The notes beneath the pieces are model-generated. The model made no database searches, was not told the origin of the DNA, and saw only the letters and a list, made by a program, of their open reading frames with translations. From Gammaproteobacteria bacterium (lineage in GTDB: Bacteria; Pseudomonadota; Gammaproteobacteria; GRL18): a DNA stretch of 45,444 nucleotides. Shown here piece after piece: positions 38,226 through 45,444 of this stretch; position 1 is the stretch's first letter, and each line of letters begins with the position of its first letter. The stretch is from contig JALVAL010000631.1 of the NCBI GenBank assembly GCA_027011205.1, forward strand, positions 1-45,444, read 5' to 3'. Made by a program: the position numbers and the translations under genes.

Positions 38226-39657
38226 CTCGGAAGATCCTTTTCACGCCTTATTAAACCACTTTTAATTTTAGGAGGGATATGAAATTCATCACAGCCAATG
38301 TCCGGACTATTTACAATATATTGTAAATCTATATCGTTTTCAGGATAAGCCTTGTCATGGATACCGGAAATTGAAGTCCCTGAATTGATAGATGATGAAT
38401 GATAATTATCTATATGTCCATCTCCGTTCAAGAAAGGATTGCCTACAATCGAATGCGAGCCCATGCTTATGTTGTGCGTATTGTCCGACAAATTTCCAAA
38501 ATACAAATTGTAGTCATTGTCAATCGCTACATTTGACCACAATCCATAATCAGGGCTCCCGGCCATGATATTATTCTTAACCTCTATATTCGAAGAATCT
38601 CCAGATACATATATCCCATAACAACTATCTCCAGAGACATTGTCATAAAAGTTGAAAACTGTATTATTTATCACTCCAAGATCATGGCTTCTATTCGTTA
38701 CAGCAATCCCTCCACGATTAAGTCCGCTAACCATATTGTAACGAACGACTCCTGATGCGGAAGAAAGCCATATTCCATAATATCCATTCATGATACGATT
38801 ATGATGGATATTTTCGTCTGTTCCAGAAACATAAACAACATTGGAATGGGTAGTTTCTGTTCCGTAATTTTGACTTTTGAGCCAGTTGTATGAAATCGTT
38901 GCGTTATTCCCTTGTATAATAATACATTGTTTTGGTTCATAAAAACTACTTATGTCTATGTGGTTATACTTGATGATATAACCTGTATGACTGCCTGAGC
39001 ATTGAAGACCGTCCCCTCTTCCCGATGATCCGGAGTTTGTAATTCCAAAGATTGTATTATTTTCAAAGGTGAAATCGTTCCCTCGTTGATAAATCATATC
39101 GCCGGGGCCATTGTATATAACGGAATCCTTTATAGTATTGTGGTTCCCCCTTGAAATAATTAGGGATCTGGTATTATCCGTGCTCTGGAGGTCGTGGACT
39201 TCACAATGTATAACTTTATTGAAAGTGCCGTCTGTTTCGTCAGCAGCAGTTAAATATACATTTACATAATCGCTACCAAAAACCTCCAAATCCTTAATTA
39301 CCACATTGGTGGCGTGATGACCCGCCCCATCATACCACGCATAAGTCTTCAACGCAGCGTGATGACCGCTGAAGTCAATCTTGCCAACTCCGTCACCTGT
39401 AAGGGTTATGTTGCTATGTTGTATCCCGATATCATGAATAGGATAGAGCGTGTCACAAATATGAAGCGTGTCGCCATCTGACATATTATCCCAATTAATT
39501 CCTGTCCAGCCGTACCACGCATTATCGCAAGAAGTCCCGTCTTGCGATCCACTCCCTGTATTAGCCACATACCAATCACTTCCAAAAGCCGACAGATTAG
39601 TGAATAAGATTATAAAACAAAAACAAATAAAAAACAAATAAAAAACAATGATTTCAT
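38222..39657 (-). CDS. Exported right-handed beta-helix protein, paralogue 1; natural ATG (39657) frameshifted by an 11-bp duplication, intact ORF from TTG 39637
   Basis: GDTLHI, Asn ladders and PDIGCDE. The ATG frame stops at 39612..39610; deleting one repeat copy restores MKSLFFICFCFIILFTNLSAFG. Confidence 0.75.
39627..39648 (-). repeat. 2 x 11-bp tandem repeat TTGTTTTTTAT (followed by a partial third copy) in the signal-peptide coding region
   Basis: Copies at 39648..39638 and 39637..39627, then TTGTTTTT. Confidence 0.9.
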
Positions 39658-39671
39658 TATATGCAAATCCT

Positions 39672-40211
39672 CTACGGAATAACTCGCATTTTCACAGAGC
39701 CTGCAGTCGTGTCATTCAAATTCGTGAAGTACACGACAGACACTCTCTTGTCGTTAATGATCTTTAATTCATCAGCATCGTTCTCTGAATTACTCGCCTT
39801 CAATACAGCAGGATAAGGAGACACAGATGAATTTAATTGAACCATTATATCAACTGTGCCTAAATTATAGAATTTAATAGACAATGTTTCTGGATCAACA
39901 ATCACACTAACTGTACCACCAGCAGGGATGTCAATATCCTGATCATAAACCGAAAGTGGAGCGTAAGGCTCATCAGAAACTTTCAGCCATATGTCTGATC
40001 CGTAGATAGTGTCAAGAAGCAAATAAGTTTCAACCTCCTGTCCCGGCTGAACTGCTTTCTGACAAGCGTACGGCTCATATGTAGCATCCTTGTAACAAGT
40101 GTCTATAAAAGTTTGTTTCTGTCCACTGACATTTTGGTAAGTTCCTGCGTATGAAACAACACAAGAAAGGAGAAAAATTATCAAAGTTGTAACAGATATT
40201 ATTGTTCTCAT
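39672..40211 (-). CDS. Exported hypothetical protein
   Basis: N-terminal signal peptide (SYA-G). Confidence 0.7.
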   Translation of the reverse strand: MRTIISVTTLIIFLLSCVVSYAGTYQNVSGQKQTFIDTCYKDATYEPYACQKAVQPGQEVETYLLLDTIYGSDIWLKVSDEPYAPLSVYDQDIDIPAGGTVSVIVDPETLSIKFYNLGTVDIMVQLNSSVSPYPAVLKASNSENDADELKIINDKRVSVVYFTNLNDTTAGSVKMRVIP

Positions 40212-40214
40212 ATT

Positions 40215-40526
40215 CTATGAGCCTCCTTGAAGTAATGACAATATAGTGTTTTGATGTGTTCGATATTCTTCTAAATTCTGATCTATTCTCTTCTCTAACT
40301 GACTAACGAGAACATCTAACTTGTCTGACAATTTATCAACACTCTGTACAACAAGTTTTGTTTTCTCGTCATTTATCTGTCTGACAAGATTACAATCTGT
40401 TTTCTTCATAAACTCCTCCTCAAGTTTTACAACAGAACGCCTAATAAAGAACCAAGCCAAAGCTCCTGCAGACGCACTTCCACCAGCTCCTCCAATAACC
40501 AGTGCATCCAAAACAGAAAAGTCCAT
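40215..40526 (-). CDS. Single-TM plus coiled-coil protein (holin-like candidate)
   Basis: ATG overlaps the upstream TGA; Gly/Ala TM segment followed by a coiled-coil. Confidence 0.6.
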   Translation of the reverse strand: MDFSVLDALVIGGAGGSASAGALAWFFIRRSVVKLEEEFMKKTDCNLVRQINDEKTKLVVQSVDKLSDKLDVLVSQLEKRIDQNLEEYRTHQNTILSLLQGGS

Positions 40527-41830
40527 CACACCACACTCCAATTGCTCCCATCAAAACACAACCTGACCACACCGTAGTTGGTGCTGATTGTGAAAGATGA
40601 AGCTCCGTCAATAGTAGCATCTCCATGAGGATTAACCACTATGTTGTTTGTTCCCGCATTTCCCGAAGCATCCTTGATAAGAACCTCATGACCAGGCCAC
40701 TGAGCCTCAGGAGTCATATCAATGGAAATCCCTGCCGAACTAACATCAGCCATAATCACCTCATCCAACTGTCTCACACTGTAGCTGTTTGAAGTGTTGA
40801 TAGGCGAAATTACAGGCCGATGAAGCATAAAAGCAGGCGGATAGGCCAGATTATCAATTCCTTTGTAAGGAGCATAAGCATATCCGGTCACCCATACATT
40901 CGGAATCCCGTTATGTATTCCGAATTGAGTAATAGACAAATCTCCGTCCGCTTCAATCTGTTTCACTTGGTCAACATAAACACGCACTTTGTCCGATGCC
41001 ATTGCTACGGAGATCAAATATTCCTGGTCCTGAAGAAAGTTGTAAAGGGCTTGAGTAGTTTCGGTTCCGATTTTGAGGGTGATAGCAGAGAAGGTAGAGT
41101 TGAAAAACAACTCAAAAGCATCAGTCCATAATATTCTCCCTGATTCCCTGGCCGATGACGCCATAGGGATACAACGAATCCCAAAGTTCATCTTATAGCT
41201 TTTAGACAAATTCCAGACCAGATTACAATCGTATCTCTTGTTCTCTTTGGTAGAAAAAGGGGTAACGTGAGATTTGGGTTCTACTTGAATGTGAGCCGCC
41301 CATTTCCCTGAGCCCAGAACTTTGAGCTTGTAGGTTGTAGAGGCGGAAAGGGTTATGTTTGCAGGGCTATTGGTGATGGTTTCTTCCAAGGTCGCTCCCT
41401 GGTATATTTCCAAGGTCGCATCGCCTTCAAACGACACAATGTGATTGGTCTCGCTTCCTGTAGTAAAATTAACCGACACATCTGACGAACCGTCTGGGAT
41501 AGAGATTTTCTTTGTCCCCATAACCCGGTCAAAGATAGCGGTTGTCGGCGAACCCGTATATGTCCAATCGGAAGGAGAAAAAGACTCAGCCGAAGGAATA
41601 AGATTATCAGTTTCTTCAAACGCAGGCAGCCCATAAACCCCGTCTCGCACTCTTCCCAACGTGTAGGGTGGTAATGTTCCTGTGACCTCGTCGAATCTCA
41701 ACACTCCTTCCGGAGGTACAATTTGGGAGTGAAACAGAAAATCTGAGTCGCCCCAATTTGTGTTTACATCCCTGTCCCAGTTCATTTGGTTAGTTTGTAT
41801 TGTAGCAAATCCGTAATGTTCTGTTGACAT
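40526..41830 (-). CDS. Tail fibre / receptor-binding-type structural protein
   Basis: Follows the central tail protein; EETDNLI...AHIQVE pattern, ConA/LamG-like middle, C-terminal IKDASGNA...TIDG...FDGSNW fibre motif. Confidence 0.7.
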   Translation of the reverse strand: MSTEHYGFATIQTNQMNWDRDVNTNWGDSDFLFHSQIVPPEGVLRFDEVTGTLPPYTLGRVRDGVYGLPAFEETDNLIPSAESFSPSDWTYTGSPTTAIFDRVMGTKKISIPDGSSDVSVNFTTGSETNHIVSFEGDATLEIYQGATLEETITNSPANITLSASTTYKLKVLGSGKWAAHIQVEPKSHVTPFSTKENKRYDCNLVWNLSKSYKMNFGIRCIPMASSARESGRILWTDAFELFFNSTFSAITLKIGTETTQALYNFLQDQEYLISVAMASDKVRVYVDQVKQIEADGDLSITQFGIHNGIPNVWVTGYAYAPYKGIDNLAYPPAFMLHRPVISPINTSNSYSVRQLDEVIMADVSSAGISIDMTPEAQWPGHEVLIKDASGNAGTNNIVVNPHGDATIDGASSFTISTNYGVVRLCFDGSNWSVV

Positions 41831-41841
41831 TATTTGGCCTC

Positions 41842-44800
41842 CTAATCCACCGGAACATAAGCCCTGTAGTCCCCGTAGTATATTACCACGTCCGTGGGCT
41901 TATAGTCCAATTCTGCCTCAACCGTTGAATTCCAATCGCTCCCATCTATAGTCATTTTCAACAAATCATAATTGATCTGAGGAGCTTGTCCGCCGGGATA
42001 TGTCCCCGCCCCGAACCCCCTGATAAGAGGGGCAACAATCCATTTTCCTTTCCTCTGATATACACGGCCCCCTATCCCATAGGATATATCGTTTCCGAGG
42101 TATGATTCGTCTGACATTTGGTTCCCGTACATGACTTGGGCGTGAATATCATACGACAGTCCAAGCCCGTCTTCTGGAACGGGATCGTTTCCAGGGAAAG
42201 AAAGGGAAAAGAGCTGTTGGCTGCTATCTTTTATTCTTGTTCCGTCATATCCCCTCTGAAGGTATGTTCCATAAAGCCCTGGGGCCAAGGCTATTAACTC
42301 CTTATTGTCTGTAATATAATATCCGGTCTCATACCCTTCAATTCTCACCATCGTTTCATTATCAAGCGAAAGAGAGGTTGACGTAGAAATTTGTGTAACG
42401 AAGAAAGAAGATTGATTTCCGTCACCAAAGGTAGCAGTAACCATAACCCAAGCAATATCCGGGCCATAGTCCGCCGAAACATACCATTTGTCAAACGAGT
42501 TAGCAAAATACGCCAAAGTCAAGGTCGGCGACGGGGCTGGCGGAGCCTCCGGATAATCCACCGGGGAAATTTGTTGCGAAAGTATATCGTGAAAAGGTTG
42601 CGACTCCTCATAACCAGAGTAATTCAACAAGCCCGATTCGTCCACTTGAAGATTCATAACCCGGTAATAACTGTCTTTGAGGTTTGTGATTATCCTCACC
42701 CGGTCCCCCACGTGGAAACGCTCCCAGCTTTGGAGTTTGAAGGTGTTGCGGTTATACACCGTGCTAGCAGCTATATACCGGGCCATCATACGGGCCACCA
42801 GCCCATCGGGAGCAATGCTTTGGTTGAGTCTTGAATCTTCCCAATTCAGATTACTTCCGATCATTACCTCATAGGTTTCAACTCTGGTTTTAAGCCCCTT
42901 GTTTTCAAAGTTCGTAGTATCAAAATATGTAACGGAGGCTCGAATATTTGTTTTAATTCCATCCATTATATCCAATGTCCCTTCAATAACATTGGATGAA
43001 TCTACATTATAACTCCCGGTAGTATAAGGCCAATCCTGTATATAGCCTCCTGAAATTTCATAACGCTTTCCTGAATGAATTACGTGATCGAACGGTTCAT
43101 CTATGAAATAGCCGGTTCCGTCTTGTTGAACATTAACCGGATAATCCTTTACATTATACAACGCCCCGTCATCGTCGGGTTTTATGTACTTTGCGGTCAA
43201 CTGACCGTCGTCCACATAAAAGAGGATAGGCATTTGCTTGCTCAAGGTTTTGAGCAACTCTTGGAAAGGAACGGGGTTGTCTATATAAACATTCCAATAC
43301 CAGCCATCGGAGCGAGCTTGTTGAAAAGCGGAAGAGATAGCCGATGTGTTAATGTTCAAAGAGATATTGCGCCTCTGTTCAAAATCATTAACAACAATAT
43401 CCGATACAGGATCAGGATAAGGATATTTCATCCAATGCCCAACTGGTATTCTATATCCATCATCCCAAAAAGACCTTCCTGACCCCATAAGGGTGAAAAG
43501 AGGCCGTGAATCAATATTCCAAAGACTGAACTCTCTCAAAGGCAGATTTCCATCATGAGCATTGTCAACTATGCTCTTATAGTAAAACAACTGAACTGTA
43601 TTACAAACAGTCAAAGTGGTTCCTTTAGGAAGTCCACCCTGAACTGCTTTAGGGTCGAAAAACAAATTGGGCTCGGTCGCTCCGCTGTCTATTGAAGGGC
43701 ACCCCACTTCAGCAAAATAAATCTTCTTGCTGTTCGGAACCCAATCTGTCTGACTGTTTTGAGAGCCGTCTGGATTGTAATTGTAATGATTGTGAGAAAC
43801 CCAATATTTAAGGTTCTTGGCAGCAAAAGCAGGATCGGTTATCGGGGCTGTTCCTCCAACATCGTCTTTCCAATCATCATAATCAGTTATGTAATAATCC
43901 CAATCCCTTCCCTTGGTCCAACCGTCGTAATAATCCTGATAAGCCAAGGTATGGTGTTCTGTCACGCCGTAATAAGCATCGATGAAAACCTCGTCTTGAA
44001 AAGCGAAAAGATCGTCCAACGGTCTCCACCAATACCCGTCATCATCCTTGAATCCGTTTACTTCGCTCCAGTCAGCCGAATACCCAACTAAAACATCGCC
44101 CCAGCCCGCATCGGAAAACTTATTTCTCACCTCTTCCACAATATCCATCAAATACGGAATTGAGGTAAAATGAAACGTCCCGTGAGCATCGGTATAAGTT
44201 CTCACATCGCTCCGATGAGGAGAAGCGTATGTTTTTTGTTGGTTGATTTTTACCAATTCAGAGCAAGCTATGAATCGTTTTGGTTTGAGATTATTATTTA
44301 TGAGAAGGTTAGCATAATAGAGACACTGACTCTTAACCTGGGTCAATAATTCACCTATAGTTTTATGCTCTGGCAACAAGTTGCCTCGCCAAGGCTTTTC
44401 TCCCGGAGGATCAGCAACCTCCATAAAGGAATAGAAAGAAAATTCAAACCCTTGAGAAATAGCATACTGAATCCCTTGAATAAGCCCGTCGTCTGCTGGC
44501 GTTCCTCCATAACAAGGGATTCCGTCTGAATCAAAATAAATCTGCTTTATCTGAGGTTCTCCGTATTGATTGAGAAATTGAACACCCCCTACAGTCGGAT
44601 TATAGTCTGTACAACCTTCCGGGAATCTGGTCTCATACGACACCACTGTGTCTTCGCCTTGACGAACAACCCCGGTATGATATTCCACCCCCCCCGCATT
44701 AACAGGCTTGACCTTCAATTTCATTATTTCTGTATTTTTAGTCTCGGTTCCTACTTGGATGGTGAATCCCATTATTTCTTCATACTTAGGTATTACAAGA

Positions 44801-45444
44801 GTCACAGGGATCAACTCAAACGCATGCATAGGAACAAAACTGTCATCAGCCAAGTCCCAGAACCAAGGAGCAACAAAAGTAAGCCCGATAACATTATCAG
44901 TTCCACCGATGAAATCTTTGACCTCCTTAATAGAGGCTGAAAAATCGGTCTTGCTCTCTGGATTTGTATCATAGGGTTGGTAATCCTTGTTAAAAGGCCA
45001 TTTGTTATAAGTAAGAGCATTCAAAGGCTCCCACTTATCCTTGTAATAATCCACCAGCTTCCATACTTCGGAGTTGTTAAAACACCCGATACTGGTGGAT
45101 ATCACATTTACCCATGCTCCTTTTTGATTATTGTTCTCTGGAAGGGTGGTGGCTAAAAAATCATATTCATCCGAGCCAGGAGTCCGAGTCACAGACACTT
45201 GAAGCGAAGGCATCATGAAAATATTCCGCCCCACTGATCCGTCTAACTCAGCATAGAAAAGGTCTTTGTATTTTTGAGGGTTATCGTAATTGTACTCATT
45301 CCACAACCAAGACACATCGTCTTCATCGCCATTCTTCAAAGTCAACTGAAGAGCGGTGTTGAGTTTCCCATTAACATATATTTCACCTATACGGCAATTT
45401 CCATTAAGCCCTTGAACCAGCCCTAATAACGCCCTAACAAAATA
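41842..45444 (-). CDS. Central tail protein with GTA-type glycoside hydrolase-like TIM barrel (3' part; starts at 556)
   Basis: YGGTPAD, PWRG, SEL, YSADWSE, IDAY, EVGCPSID and NLFFDPK are GTA g15 'megatron' TIM-barrel motifs. Confidence 0.88.
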   Translation of the reverse strand, partial: YFVRALLGLVQGLNGNCRIGEIYVNGKLNTALQLTLKNGDEDDVSWLWNEYNYDNPQKYKDLFYAELDGSVGRNIFMMPSLQVSVTRTPGSDEYDFLATTLPENNNQKGAWVNVISTSIGCFNNSEVWKLVDYYKDKWEPLNALTYNKWPFNKDYQPYDTNPESKTDFSASIKEVKDFIGGTDNVIGLTFVAPWFWDLADDSFVPMHAFELIPVTLVIPKYEEIMGFTIQVGTETKNTEIMKLKVKPVNAGGVEYHTGVVRQGEDTVVSYETRFPEGCTDYNPTVGGVQFLNQYGEPQIKQIYFDSDGIPCYGGTPADDGLIQGIQYAISQGFEFSFYSFMEVADPPGEKPWRGNLLPEHKTIGELLTQVKSQCLYYANLLINNNLKPKRFIACSELVKINQQKTYASPHRSDVRTYTDAHGTFHFTSIPYLMDIVEEVRNKFSDAGWGDVLVGYSADWSEVNGFKDDDGYWWRPLDDLFAFQDEVFIDAYYGVTEHHTLAYQDYYDGWTKGRDWDYYITDYDDWKDDVGGTAPITDPAFAAKNLKYWVSHNHYNYNPDGSQNSQTDWVPNSKKIYFAEVGCPSIDSGATEPNLFFDPKAVQGGLPKGTTLTVCNTVQLFYYKSIVDNAHDGNLPLREFSLWNIDSRPLFTLMGSGRSFWDDGYRIPVGHWMKYPYPDPVSDIVVNDFEQRRNISLNINTSAISSAFQQARSDGWYWNVYIDNPVPFQELLKTLSKQMPILFYVDDGQLTAKYIKPDDDGALYNVKDYPVNVQQDGTGYFIDEPFDHVIHSGKRYEISGGYIQDWPYTTGSYNVDSSNVIEGTLDIMDGIKTNIRASVTYFDTTNFENKGLKTRVETYEVMIGSNLNWEDSRLNQSIAPDGLVARMMARYIAASTVYNRNTFKLQSWERFHVGDRVRIITNLKDSYYRVMNLQVDESGLLNYSGYEESQPFHDILSQQISPVDYPEAPPAPSPTLTLAYFANSFDKWYVSADYGPDIAWVMVTATFGDGNQSSFFVTQISTSTSLSLDNETMVRIEGYETGYYITDNKELIALAPGLYGTYLQRGYDGTRIKDSSQQLFSLSFPGNDPVPEDGLGLSYDIHAQVMYGNQMSDESYLGNDISYGIGGRVYQRKGKWIVAPLIRGFGAGTYPGGQAPQINYDLLKMTIDGSDWNSTVEAELDYKPTDVVIYYGDYRAYVPVD
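45300..45444. repeat. Terminal redundancy, right copy (matches 1..145)
   Basis: Direct comparison, offset 45,299, one mismatch. Confidence 0.97.

Noticed and set aside
34632..39637. Diversity-generating retroelement acting on the paralogous C-termini
   Set aside because: No reverse transcriptase is encoded, and the repeats are diverged at all base types rather than forming an adenine-specific TR/VR pair.
45300..45444. Biological direct terminal repeat
   Set aside because: It falls in the middle of an essential tail gene, so it is better explained as the assembly overlap of a circular or permuted genome.
1..45444. Integrase/repressor, tRNA genes, introns or inteins, stop-codon reassignment
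   Set aside because: None recognised by eye. Core genes are full-length and tile densely under the standard code. A tRNA/Rfam scan was not run.

Overview
This is an apparently complete, circularly permuted siphovirus-type phage genome. The unit length is about 45,299 bp, because 1..145 repeats at 45300..45444 with one mismatch. It has two opposed arms. The minus-strand late arm runs from about 14.8 kb leftwards (terminase, portal, capsid, neck, tail tube, frameshifted chaperones, tape measure, GTA-like tail tip). It wraps through the contig end and continues down to 28.4 kb (TIM-barrel central tail protein, fibre-like genes, a block of signal-peptide proteins, cell wall hydrolase). The plus-strand early/replication arm spans 15.1-28.4 kb (AEP primase, SNF2 and UvrD helicases, two SSB types, family A polymerase, nucleases, dCMP deaminase). 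No integrase or repressor was recognised, so the phage looks lytic. Main points: (1) a complete 2-aminoadenine (Z-genome) cassette purZ-mazZ-datZ plus a DpoZ-like polymerase, where PurZ, DatZ and the polymerase all carry unusual substitutions in normally conserved motifs; (2) three paralogous beta-helix proteins with signal peptides and other exported proteins inside the late operon, the first of which is uncoupled from its natural ATG by an 11-bp tandem duplication (possible phase-variable switch); (3) a putative fibre module with a shared C-terminal DPSY motif; (4) duplicated sigma70 promoters, a candidate origin, and a recurrent intergenic TGATCCGAAT motif. All family calls come from motif recognition by eye, with no database searches.
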